Assembly (NCBI GenBank): GCA_011109175.1
Contig: RDEW01000036.1
Location: forward strand, 251,583-315,582
Origin: Dicyema japonicum
Lineage: Eukaryota > Animalia > Dicyemida
Length of the DNA: 64,000 nt
Reading direction: 5' to 3'
The notes under the pieces: model-generated
What the model saw: only the letters and a program-made list of their open reading frames with translations
What the model was told of the DNA's origin: nothing
Database searches by the model: none
Made by a program: the position numbers and the translations under genes
In this document: in pieces, positions 25,601 through 37,482 of the stretch
Position numbering within the stretch: position 1 is the stretch's first letter
How the letters are laid out: each line of letters starts with the position of its first letter

Positions 25601-28396
25601 TTAGGGATTTTTACTAAGATCTTCATGGCTTTCCTGAGTTCGAGATCTTCGTACTCCTTTAGGGATTTTTACTAAGATCTTCATGGCTTTCCTGAGTTCG
25701 AGATCTTCGTACTCCTTTAGGGATTTTTACTAAGATCTTCATGGCTTTCCTGAGGTTTCGAGATCTTCGTACTCCTTTAGGGATTTTTACTAAGATCTTT
25801 CATGGCTTTCCTGAGTTCGAGATCTTCGTACTCCTTTAGGGATTTTTACTAGATCTTCATGGCTTTCCTGAGGTTGAGATCTTCGTACTCCTTTAGGATT
25901 TTTACTAATCTTCATGGCTTTCCTGAGTTCGAGATCTTCGTACTCCTTTAGGGATTTTTTACTAGGATCTTCATGGCTTTCCTGAGGTTCGAGATCTTCG
26001 TACTCCTTTAGGGATTTTTACTAGGATCTTCATGGCTTTCCTGAGTTCGAGATCTTCGTACTCCTTTAGGGATTTTTACTAAGATCTTCATGGCTTTCCT
26101 GAGGTTCGAGATCTTCGTACTCCTTTAGGGATTTTTACTAGGATCTTCATGGCTTTCCTGAGGTTCGAGATCTTCGTACTCCTTTAGGGATTTTTACTAG
26201 GATCTTCATGGCTTTCCTGAGGTTCGAGATCTTCGTACTCCTTTAGGGATTTTTACTAGGATCTTCATGGCTTTCCTGAGTTTCGAGATCTTCGTACTCC
26301 TTTAGGGATTTTTACTAAGATCTTCATGGCTTTCCTGAGGTTCGAGATCTTCGTACTCCTTTAGGGATTTTTACTAAGATCTTCATGGCTTTCCTGAGGT
26401 TCGAGATCTTCGTACTCCTTTAGGGATTTTTACTAGATCTTCATGGCTTTCCTGAGGTTTCGAGATCTTCGTACTTCCTTTAGGGATTTTTACTAGATCT
26501 TCATGGCTTTCCTGAGGTTTCGAGATCTTCGTACTCCTTTAGGGATTTTTACTAAGATCTTCATGGCTTTCCTGAGTTCGAGATCTTCGTACTCCTTTAG
26601 GGATTTTTACTAAGGATCTTCATGGCTTTCCCTGAGTTTCGAGATCTTCGTACTCCTTTAGGGATTTTTACTAATCTTCATGGCTTTCCTGAGTTTCGAG
26701 ATCTTCGTACTCCTTTAGGGATTTTTACTAAGATCTTCATGGCTTTCCTGAGGTTCGAGATCTTCGTACTCCTTTAGGTTTTTACTAAGATCTTCATGGC
26801 TTTCCTGAGTTCGAGATCTTCGTACTCCTTTAGGGATTTTATACTAAGATCTTCATGGCTTTCCTGAGGTTTCGAGATCTTCGTACTCCTTTAGGGATTT
26901 TTACTAGGATCTTCATGGCTTTCCTGAGTTTCGAGATCTTCGTACTCCTTTAGGGATTTTTACTAAGGATCTTCATGGCTTTCCTGAGTTCGAGATCTTC
27001 GTACTCCTTTAGGGATTTTTACTAGGATCTTCATGGCTTTCCTGAGGTTCGAGATCTTCGTACTCCTTTAGGGATTTTTACTAGATCTTCATGGCTTTCC
27101 TGAGGTTCGAGATCTTCGTACTCCTTTAGGGATTTTTACTAATCTTCATGGCTTTCCTGAGGTTCGAGATCTTCGTACTCCTTTAGGGATTTTTACTAGG
27201 ATCTTCATGGCTTTCCTGAGTTTCGAGATCTTCGTACTCCTTTAGGGATTTTTACTAAGATCTTCATGGCTTTCCTGAGGTTCGAGATCTTCGTACTCCT
27301 TTAGGGATTTTTACTAAGATCTTCATGGCTTTCCTGAGGTTCGAGATCTTCGTACTCCTTTAGGGATTTTTACTAGGATCTTCATGGCTTTCCTGAGTTC
27401 GAGATCTTCGTACTCCTTTAGGGATTTTTACTAGATCTTCATGGCTTTCCTGAGGTTCGAGATCTTCGTACTCCTTTAGGGATTTTTACTAAGATCTTCA
27501 TGGCTTTCCTGAGGTTCGAGATCTTCGTACTCCTTTAGGGATTTTTACTAGGATCTTCATGGCTTTCCTGAGTTTCGAGATCTTCGTACTCCTTTAGGGA
27601 TTTTTACTAAGATCTTCATGGCTTTCCTGAGTTCGAGATCTTCGTACTCCTTTAGGGATTTTTACTAGATCTTCATGGCTTTCCTGAGGTTCGAGATCTT
27701 CGTACTCCTTTAGGGATTTTTACTAGGATCTTCATGGCTTTCCTGAGGTTTCGAGATCTTCGTACTCCTTTAGGGATTTTTACTAGGATCTTCATGGCTT
27801 TCCTGAGTTCGAGATCTTCGTACTCCTTTAGGGATTTTTACTAGGATCTTCATGGCTTTCCTGAGTTTCGAGATCTTCGTACTCCTTTAGGGATTTTTAC
27901 TAAGATCTTCATGGCTTTCCTGAGGTTCGAGATCTTCGTACTCCTTTAGGGATTTTTACTAGGATCTTCATGGCTTTCCTGAGGTTCGAGCTCTTCGTAC
28001 TCCTTTAGGGATTTTTACTAGGATCTTCATGGCTTTCCTGAGGTTCGAGATCTTCGTACTCCTTTAGGGATTTTTACTAGGATCTTCATGGCTTTCCTGA
28101 GGTTCGACATCTTCAAGAGAGTATGGTCTGTATGTGACAGTGTAAAGTTTGGGTGAGTTATTTTTTCCCGCCTGGGGGCCTCCATTCCAATACAAGAGGG
28201 GCACATCCAACTCGACAGCGTCTCGGCGCAAGCTTTACTCACTTTTATGCAGCCCAGATGGACGAATGATTCACATTGTGTGCAGTTAATCCCATATTTC
28301 CTGATATTCGATTGTCCACATAAAAAACATACCTGATTTGTCCGTACTGGATTTGTTCCTCGTACATTGTCTTCTTTTTCGTTCTTTATTTTCCAT
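22610..28396 (-). mobile_element. CRE-like REL retrotransposon copy B (PHD finger, RT, zinc knuckle), interrupted by a tandem array
   Basis: PHD finger 28192-28329; [53 protein letters not shown]. Confidence 0.88.
24773..28114. repeat. 59-bp tandem array, ~57 copies, derived from CRE coding sequence
   Basis: Unit gatcttcgtactcctttagggatttttacta(g/a)gatcttcatggctttcctgag(g/t)ttcga; collapsing it to one unit restores LKMSNLRKAMKILVKIPKGVRIAAATC on the minus strand. Confidence 0.97.
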
Positions 28397-28411
28397 CTGA
28401 GATTTTTGTTA

Positions 28412-28725
28412 ATAATAATAATAAAGCATTTTCACGAGAGTCATAGTATTTTATAGCTCCCCATTGCAGGACACACTTTATTTAAGTAAAGAACAGTTAA
28501 TTTTAACTAATCCAAGGAATGATCTTCACTTCTTTTTCTTTTTCTTGTGTGTGATTCCTTTCTAGACAATCCAGTTCCGCAGTGAGTATCCACTTATGAC
28601 AGCGTCACTCGTCAAACCCTTTCTGCATCGTAGATGCGTGAACCTTCCACCAGGTGAACAGCAGCGAGATTCGAACCCGTAGCCTAAGCCACTTAAGACC
28701 GACACCTAACCACTAAGCCACCCGG
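28412..28725 (-). mobile_element. tRNA-derived SINE with RTE-like tail
   Basis: Consensus A-box tggcttagtgg, B-box ggttcgaatc, 15-bp TSD ctgagatttttgtta (28397-28411 and 28726-28740). Confidence 0.92.
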
Positions 28726-28789
28726 CTGAGATTTTTGTTATTTAATTTTTTTTTTTTTTTTTTTTTTTTTTTGATTAACAAAATTTTTT

Positions 28790-29366
28790 TTAACAATTAA
28801 ACAAATGTCAGTTGAGGAAGCCCTGCTGCGTGGATTGCGAACGAGTTCCCTCGGAGTATGGCTATTCCTATCTTTTGTCTTAGCCATAACCCTTCTCGTT
28901 GATCCCTTTTTCTTTCTGGCAAGCAATCCTCCGAGTTCTTGCAAGAATTCAGCCGTCATTGGACCAACGGCTCCCGATGATTCGGTCGCAACAGGAGTAA
29001 ATCGGTAGCGATCCCCGAGGCAAGAATATTTCTTGATTTTTTAAATTTTCCGCGGTCGAAGCAGCTGCTCCAGGTGTCTGAACAGATTTAAAAATGTTCG
29101 TGCTTGAGAACGTGTCTATGCAAGTTGCGTCCCAGACCAAAGATCTTCAGACGTGAAGGGGAAAAGGGTCATCCCGTCAGGTCTCTTCCCATCTACTCGA
29201 TCAAGACCCACTGGTTCAAGCTGTGCTGGAAAGCCTGAAGCCTTCAGAGCTCTGACGATCACATCATTCAGAGCGGCATGACGTGGTCCCCTTCCGGCGC
29301 TTCTTCTGCAGGACAGCGGGTGCAATCCTTTCGCATCGACTGTTTTCCCGCATCGGCATCGGTGTT
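28790..29366 (-). mobile_element. CRE-like 3' fragment, same subfamily as copy B
   Basis: 29220-29366 is near-identical to 22610-22745; [16 protein letters not shown]-rich tail. Confidence 0.88.
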
Positions 29367-29442
29367 ATTTAATTAAATAAAAAATTATTATAAAATTATA
29401 TAATTTTTGTTATATAAAACAAATAATTTTACTATAAACTAA

Positions 29443-29887
29443 ATGGATCCTGGTGAGGTTAACAAAGAAAGAGAGACAGCAGAAGATGTATTTGTTTGTT
29501 AATAAATCTAGGAGCTATCAAAGCTCGTTATGAACATAAAAGTTTATTTTAATTTTATTAGAGGAACATACGGAGTCCTCTGCTTCTTCTAGTAATGAAA
29601 TTGGGGATCAAATGGACATTTTATCCGACAATTCGGATATTTCTTATTCATCGACAGAGGCTATGGATAACAAACCATTCAAATCATCCTCTGAGAAGAT
29701 GTGGGAATTTTTAAACGACGATTATTACTCAGAACTGTTCCAGAAATTTTTGAACAAAGATATTTTCACAAAAAGCAACATAAAAATGAATATCACTGAA
29801 GACTTTGTCGAGAACTACGCTCCCATGGACATCATTCTTACTGATGATGAGGACTCTTTGATAATGTCGGACATTGATGGTTTCTAG
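29443..29887 (+). CDS. Small acidic protein of unknown function (~132 aa), two micro-introns
   Basis: ATG at 29443; removing GT-AG introns 29488-29511 (24 nt) and 29542-29563 (22 nt) gives a continuous frame into ORF 29612-29887. Confidence 0.65.
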
Positions 29888-30124
29888 TTTGCTCACGTTT
29901 GGTTGTTCGTATATAAAACTATTTTTTCTTAGATGTAAGTGAATATCTTTTTATTCTGTAATTAAATCTGTTTTAAAGAATTTATGGCACCACGTAGGAT
30001 TCGACGAGATTGCGCGCTTTAATTTTATTGTATTAAAAATTAATAATATTGATTATTTTATTTTTTTAATTAACAGTTATTTGTTGTGACTTACAACTAT
30101 CATGTTGCATAATTAATTACATAA

Positions 30125-30365
30125 TTGTCTGCAATCCAGGATTCTTCCAAAAGAGTCATTGACCGAAATTTGTCCGCCTCTCGACAACGGAAGTTGATGA
30201 GGGCAACTACTGCACCCAAAATCCCCCCTCTACGAAGCCATTACCAAATACCTCAGAAACCACTCGAAATATGAGATAACTGCATTTTTCCTTTCTAAAG
30301 AACCATCCAGGATTCTCTTCCACGTAGGATAGAACCTCCTCCATGTCGTTCTGGGGTCGCTTAAG
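30125..30365 (+). mobile_element. Vingi-like 3' fragment
   Basis: Ends PRRIEPPPCRSGVA*, similar to PRRTRPLPCRSGIT* at 45996. Confidence 0.55.
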
Positions 30366-30599
30366 TACTTTCCTTCTTTAGCCCTGTGATTTTAGGGTAA
30401 TAATAATTATAACAGTTAATATTTGCCTTGAGATCCTATCCTCTTTGTTCCAATTGCCTCTGAAACCTATGGAGCAGTTGAAAGAATGTGGAAAGGATTC
30501 GTGATTAGGGTGCGATTCAGGAATGCTTGCGAGAGAGATGGTTTTCACAGCTCTCTGTAATTTTTTATTTATTTAACCCCAAGCCCACCAGGAAAGATA

Positions 30600-33495
30600 G
30601 GTCAAATCTAACTAATTAAGTGATCCCAGCTTCCAGCAACATCCGGACTCTCTTCAATTGGTCTTCTGATGATCCAACCGCACTCCGGAAGCGTCTTCTC
30701 TTGCTTCTGCAAAGGAATTCGATCGGCGTGCATTTTTTTTGCCGACCGAAATTCCTCTGCATGGGCCACCTTTTCCTTGAATGGGTTTCCCAGTTCCTTG
30801 CAGAAACGTAGGAAACCCTGGCCATTTTTCAACGTTGCCTCATCAGAAACGAGGTCGCCAATGGTGATGTCCGTGCGGTGCATAATTCTCCGCCTGAGGG
30901 AGTTCAAACGGTCCACTCTCGAAAGGGGAATCGCAAACCTCCAGGCGGAGCAGGCATATTCAATGGTCGGTATGATTACTTGTTGATAGACTTTGCTGAT
31001 GCAGTCGGCCGGGGGGAAAGGGCTCTTCTTTATCATCGCATTCAGAATGTTCCATTTCCGAAGACCCTTGGCGAGCACCTCCTCCACGTGACTCGAGAAC
31101 GTCAACAGAGAGTCAAAAACTACACCAAGGATCTTCTGGGTCCGCGTAGAAGGGATGGGAGTGTTTCCGATGGATATTTCAAGCCCACCTTTAAACCTTC
31201 TGTCCGTAGTGAATAATGTGAACTGAGACTTGGATGCTGATACGCATAACGTATTTGCATATAGCAAGTCACAAATTCGGTTTAGGTGTGTCTGAACAGT
31301 TGCTACAGCCATGGAAAGAGATTTATTTCTTGAAGAGATAATTAGGTCGTCCGCATAGGACAAAAACATAGTGTCCTGGTCATTGGTAGTAGGTAGATCA
31401 TGTAGAAATAGGTTGAAAAGGAGATAAAGGAAAACCTTGCGGAACTCCATTGGGGAGTAGTCTTGATTTTGAAGTGGTTTTGTCAATACGGACCCTTCCG
31501 CGTCGTCCAGTTAAGAAGTTTTCCAGCCATAGCTTGATGTTTGAGTGCAAGTTCGTGTTAAAAATCTTTTGCGTTATGAGTTTCCTCGGAACAGAGTCAA
31601 AGGCCTTCTGTATGTCGATATATACTAAGGTCGTCCGTAAGTGTGTTTTCATGTTGAAGCCATCAGTAATAAACTGGGAGATAAAAACCCAAATGAGTCG
31701 TTGTAGAACGGTCTGCCCTGAAATCATGTTGAAACTCTGGTAGATGTAGAACAGGAGAGATGCGCTTTTCCAGTACTTTTGATAAAACACAAGTTATTGG
31801 GATGGGGGTAAGAAGAGGGAACGTTTTTTGGTTTTTCTGGGCTTTAGGATTGGCGTAATCAGAAAGTTTTTCCATATATTAGGTAGCGTATGGTAGTTGA
31901 TAGAGTCGTTGTACAGTCTTGATAGTATGGCCCGTGCCTGAGGTCCAAGATGTTTGAGGTAAATAGTGCAAATACCGTCGGGACCACAAACACGAGTGGG
32001 ACGTAGCAATTTAATAGCCTTTTCGACATCATCGGGGGTGAAGAAGGTGGAATATGGTTCTTGTTGTGCCGGCGCCGTTCAACAAGTGTAAACGAGAAAA
32101 AATTTATGGCTGATCGATACGTAGTACTTCATAATCTTGGTTGCGAGTTTGCGTGCAGGTTCCTAAGCGTTGCGGGTAAAGGCCTCAGCTCCGCGGTCCT
32201 CTTCATTGATAAGGGTATTGATCCTTCTTAGTGTTTTCCAAAATGTGGCACAAGAGTTTTTGTGACATAGTCGTCCAACTAGGCGGCTCCATTTGAGTCT
32301 GTTGTTAGTTCGGATTAGCTCAGATAATTTGGTATTCAGTGAACATATGAAGTAGAAGGAGATATTAGTTCTATTCCTCTTCAGCGCATCTCGTTTCTTG
32401 ATGAGTGACACAATTTGTGATTATAATCTTGGATTGAACTTCTTGTAAGAGACGACAGGTATAAATAGTTTATCAGCTTTCAGAATGATAGCGGACATAA
32501 TCTTGGCCGTCTCCTCTACTGTGCAATTAATCATAGTAAGGTTAAGGAGACTATTGTCCACATACGTCCTGAAACCTTGCCAGTCGGCTTTCAAGTAATT
32601 TTTGAACTTTGTAGAACAACACGGTGAACAAATAGGCCTTCTAAGTCTCAACACAATGAGGTTATGGTCGCTTGAGAAACCATAACGAACATTCCATGAA
32701 ATTCATCCAGCCACAAAGGGAGAGCAGAGGGACAGGTCCGGGGATGTTGGACTGTCCCTTCTGCGGGACGGGGTCCTTGTGTGTGGGTGTCCGGATAATT
32801 AAGGATAGTAGATCATTGAGCAGGGAAAGGATGTATTCGCCGCGACTGTCGGCTGATTGAGGAGCCAGAGTTGATGTTTCGCGTTTAGGTCTCCGCATAG
32901 TAGCAGATCCTTTAGTCCACCCAGGCTAAATAGCTTGGGAATGTAGGAAGTAGTACATGACTCCTGAGGCGGGATATAGACATTACATAGTGTAAAACAT
33001 CTCGTCGAAGAAAAAAGAACTTCAATATAAATCTGTTCCAGAATAAAATCCTCTTCGCAGAGAGAAGATACAGAAAGGGTGACATCCGTGAATTTAAGTC
33101 CATCCTTAACGATAGTCAATAATCTCCTCCGAGACTTCTTGTTCGGTCCCTGCGAAGTACACAATATTCAGGAAAACAAGGTGTTGGGGACTTTATAGAG
33201 AGCTTCGATTCTTGGAAGAGGGCAATGTCCACTCTCAAATGGGATAAGAGAGATCGTAATTCTATTACTTTATTGCGGATTCCATTTACATTTAGTTGTA
33301 GAATACTCAACGTGCAGTTGGGTCCCGGATTAGGTTCTACATCACCAGACAGAAGTAGTAGAGAGAAAACGGGGGAGTTGGTAAGCTACCCTTCTGAAGA
33401 TCGCAGAAAGGTAGGGAAAGTCAAACGGTTCTCTTCCATAAAGAACTTGCACTGAGCGCCACCACAACACCAGGTGAACCGCATGACGTCACGCT
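30600..33495 (-). mobile_element. Vingi/Ingi-like LINE, near full-length (leader-2A-APE-RT), frameshifted
   Basis: LLLLSGDVEPNPGP, ILQLNVNGI..FQESKL, LLCGDLNAKH, CGPDGI, YIDIQKAFDSV, GVPQG, FLSYADD; 3' end gggatcacttaattag. Confidence 0.9.
33320..33370 (-). other. 2A-like StopGo peptide VFSLLLLSGDVEPNPGP
   Basis: Exact DxExNPGP consensus, in frame with the downstream APE domain. Confidence 0.9.
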
Positions 33496-33599
33496 AAAAT
33501 AAATTTCTACGCTAATATAAAGCTTTCTGTAATGGCAATGATCAATCTTTTGTCAATGAAGCTTGTTACTGATGTCTTTGTTTCTGTTGCCGAAAAAAT

Positions 33600-35050
33600 A
33601 AATTTTATATAATTGCTACAATTTTATTTCCTTAAACCTAATTGAACTGTACATTTGCATAAGGGACAAACAAGCACGTAAAATTACTACATTAATTAGG
33701 TTAATAGGATTTTTCAATGCAAAAGTGGAATAGTATGGAATTCCATATGCGTCCATACATACTACTAACATCATTAGGAACGCGATAAAGACACTATTCG
33801 AAGCAGAAAAGGTCGAGAAGGTTAAAGGGAAAGAATATCAAGGAATTTCATTACAGTAATGATCCGTGCGATTGGGAAAATGAGTAGAAGTCTGTGTCAA
33901 GAACCTTGGACGTTTGGTCACAGGTTGGTCACCTTTGAATGCGAAAAGGTTTAATTTTGATGTGAGATGAGTAGGCGCAACTCCATCAAAAGATTAAGTT
34001 ACTAAAGTAATGATAGATTCTACATAAAATAAAACTCCTAGTAAAGTGCAAGAATAAACTTACTCGATTTCTTATAATCCACTCAATTAATGGCTTATGT
34101 TTGTCACCTTGACTCCTAGGGATTTCATTGTAGAGTTAATCATATATAAATCATTTTCAGGGGCAATTAAACAGAGGAAGTTCATTATTCAACATCTGGA
34201 AAATGATTCCTCTAATCCTTTTTCATGACTCTAACTAAAAGTCCAATCCCCTGAAAGAACTCACAATTGTTTATTATTTCGTTTGAGTAAATTCAACCTC
34301 CTTTAATGATCCCTTTGGGGATACGAACTAAGAAAAGTGACGTTTGACGATGATTTATTCAAATACACGTCTAAACTCGTTCGTTGCTTGTTTACAAAAC
34401 CTTTCAAAATGGATCACTTCAGAGAGAATATTTTCGAGAACAACCACCATTAAAATAGAGAAAATTGGTCATTTTCAAAGACTAAGTTAAGACACATAAA
34501 ATTCCAAAATAACTTGATAATCAATTAAATGAAAAACCACAAATTGGTTTGCGACTTTTCAGTCCGATTAATTCCACCCCACAAAATATCAAAGTAACTC
34601 TCAAAGGAACATTAAAATCAATTATTGTCAAATATTTGAAACATTTAAAGCTCGCATGTCAATTAATAATTGCATCAATATTGAAGGCCAGATGACTCAT
34701 TCCATCATATTATCATCATAACTTGTAATTGGGCCTATGTTGTCATGCATACTAAACCGTAAAGCAATAATTCAGTTATCTTAACACGTCAGGCTAATTA
34801 AACCATTATCGGGTATGTGATTTATAGGTTTATACTGAAATGATCAATCACAAACGCTTCGCATCCCTTCAAACTGCACCTTAAGGAATGATGACGAAAT
34901 CAGAAATGCAAATGATTAAAAGAAAATTCCACAATTTTGATATAACAACTTTTGTAACACATGTAAACATCAATTAACGAATGCACCCCCTGCAGAGACG
35001 TATCGATCCCCCAAGTATTGACCAACTCCGCATTGTGGACTAATTGACAG
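33600..35050 (-). CDS. Possible unrecognised host gene fragmented by micro-introns
   Basis: Intron-like gtaagt...ctag (34038-34063, 26 nt) and an adjacent 22-nt GT-AG segment between open stretches; less AT-rich than intergenic DNA; no family recognised. Confidence 0.3.
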
Positions 35051-35150
35051 CATTATCACCACAATGAAGCTAAACTTACAAAGATAATTTATTATTAAAA
35101 GTAAAGTTAAAACGAGCAAGCACAGGCAAATATATTTAAGATAATTTCAT

Positions 35151-35522
35151 CTAGTTTACAGCACAACATGATTTAATCACCCTCTTCTTCCTCTTAGGTT
35201 TCACTACTTCTTCCCCCTTTTCCAAAGAGCCATCAACCTGAGTGTCGTTGGCGCAGACCTCGCCCTCCACATTCTCCACCACTTCCACAGTGAAATCTTC
35301 CGTCAGTTGACCATTTTCCAGTGGCAGTTCGGACTCAGTGACGGCCTCTTCTACTAATAGCATCGATTCTTGTGTGTTTTCATTGTTATTCTCGTCCAAA
35401 TGGTTAAGTGCTTGATCTGCTTCTACAAACTGTCCCTCTTCAAAGAGAAAGGTCTTAACTACGATACCGGATTCCTTGTTTAGGTCAGTTCCTGGCTTGA
35501 AAGGGTTGACGACAGATTCCAT
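35151..35522 (-). CDS. Glu-rich protein (~123 aa) ending in polybasic-CCAVN
   Basis: Single open frame MESVVNPF...KPKRKKRVIKSCCAVN*, divergent from NARS2. Confidence 0.65.
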   Translation of the reverse strand: MESVVNPFKPGTDLNKESGIVVKTFLFEEGQFVEADQALNHLDENNNENTQESMLLVEEAVTESELPLENGQLTEDFTVEVVENVEGEVCANDTQVDGSLEKGEEVVKPKRKKRVIKSCCAVN

Positions 35523-35593
35523 AAGAAAAAAGCACCACCTAAACGTCAAATGATTTTAGGTGCCAGCTGCGATATTGAATTATTAATAGGTTA

Positions 35594-35628
35594 GCCAATT
35601 AAAATTAAAAATAAATTAAATCACGTCA
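35594..35628. promoter_or_regulatory. Candidate bidirectional promoter motifs (CCAAT and TGACGTGA)
   Basis: agccaat near 35594 and tcacgtca at 35621-35628 in the AT-rich ~270-bp gap between divergent genes. Confidence 0.3.
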
Positions 35629-35793
35629 AATAAATAAATAAAATAATTAAAAAAAATGATAAAAACATGTCCAATCTTAAAAACCTTAATTATAATATTG
35701 TTAACTTTAATGGAAATATAACAACTTTTAATTAAAAAATAAAATAAAATTGTCTTTAAATTAAAAATAACAAAAAAAATTAAGTCACATTTA

Positions 35794-37482
35794 ATGGTTG
35801 GTTTCTTATCTGTTATTTCCTCTTTAGTTATCTCGTTTGACTAATCTTCCATCGAGTTGTCGTCGTTTCTGTACCTCTATCCGCGACATTGTAACTAAAT
35901 TCGATCGGGAACATCACGACAGTGATCCCATTACTGTCACAGTTTACATTAATAAGAATTCCCAAGGGCTGGGTCAAATACTCACGTGAATTCAACAACC
36001 TTTTGTTCGTTCAACTTAATGATGGTCTGAGTCCTCACGTGCTCCAAGTGGTCGTTCAAAACTTTGAGATTCCCGAGTTTGTAGTCTTCTAATTTGTAGA
36101 GAAGGCTTATATGGTTCGGCTGTTAGGGTTACTGGCAGGCTCTGTATGTCTGTGGGCAGAAGGCAGGTTGTCGAACTACAGGCTGTCTCTTTTGAGTTTT
36201 GTGGGAGTAACGACGCATGTGTTAGTGGTGATGATTCATTTTTTGCAGAATTTTCCGCTTTATGCCAAGCAAATGCTTCCCTACGCTTATATTCGAAAGT
36301 TTCTTCACTTGAGAGCCAAGACGAACATATTCTCTTCAGTTCTTCGTTGTCGCAGCAAGTGCACGTGTCTCATTCATGAGTTTTTCCATGTACCTCACTT
36401 TTCGAGCATTGTGGTAGAATAACGACTTTCTGTTAATACATTCACCCATTTTGACAACTAACGACTGCGAAGGAGGGAGCAACACATTTCAAATTTACGG
36501 AGAGACGGTCCCTCAAGGGAATAAGTTGACGAATGCGAGCTTCTTCAACGCATCAGTCTTTTTGACCGTCTCCACTCAGTTTCACTTGGAGTCATTAATG
36601 ACGTAATTTGGGGGAAATTCATGTTAGTGCTGTTTCTAAGGTGTATTGTATGGGACCAGCATTCAGGGCAGATTATTCAGACAACAGTCGACATCACTTG
36701 GCTGAGTTTTACATGCTGGAAGCCGAAATTGCCTTTGTGGACTCACTAGAGGACCTTTTGAAAGTTTTTGAGTCTTTAACCTTTAGATGGTCGAGAATAT
36801 GCTTTCCTACGTCGCCAATGCAATAAAAACTCTCATCTCCGATGACTTAGAGATCATTGGTAGGCATCCAGAGAGTGTATAAATTTCTCTTACTTCCAGA
36901 AAGGATCTCAGATTGACTCCTTTGCTGAGATTCCCTATCCAAGGTTTTCTTATTCCTTACAATCAGAGTGGCATATTCTACAGCAATAGAAATTTTAAGA
37001 TCCAGTAATAAGGAGTTCAAGAAAGAACCAAAGGTTTTAAATAAAAGGACCATAGAATGGGGGGGATCTGTCAAAGGAGCATGAGTTGTATCTATGTCAG
37101 CATTTTGGGGGAGTTCCCGTCTTTATCACTGATTTCCCAATGAACTTGAAGCCTTTTTATGTCAAAAAATCTGATGATGGAACTGTCAGTGCTGTTTTAA
37201 TGCTAGGCGTTGGCTTTTGACTTGTTGGGACCGGAAGTAGGGGAGATAGTCGGGGGATCCCTAAGAGAGACTGATTTGGAAGAACTGGACGAGCGTTTGG
37301 CATCGTTTGATGAAAAGACAAGAAGGAAGTTGAGTTGGTACACAGGAATGAGACGGTTTGGTTGTCCTCCGCATGGTGGATTTGGATTGGGGTTCGAAAG
37401 GCTTTTGCAAGCTTTCCTCGGAGTCCCAAATATTAGAGACGTCATTCCATTTCCTCGTTATTCTAATTCATGTGAACTTTAA
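35794..37482 (+). CDS. NARS2: Mitochondrial asparaginyl-tRNA synthetase, micro-introns
   Basis: Presequence-like M|[17 protein letters not shown]; [62 protein letters not shown]. Introns 35797-35827, 35942-35966, 36077-36099, 36221-36248, 36390-36417 and a 22-nt intron near 37183-37204. Confidence 0.93.

Noticed and set aside
24773-28114. 59-bp array as a CRISPR array
   Set aside because: There are no unique spacers and no cas genes, the context is eukaryotic, and the unit derives from the flanking CRE ORF.
28655-28725. SINE heads as functional tRNA genes
   Set aside because: A and B boxes and a T-arm are present, but the acceptor and anticodon stems do not pair and the sequence runs into a SINE body with TSDs.
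35794-37482. Assigning the window to a typical microsporidian because of its TE content
   Set aside because: A mitochondrial-type AsnRS with a presequence and intron-dense genes argue against it.
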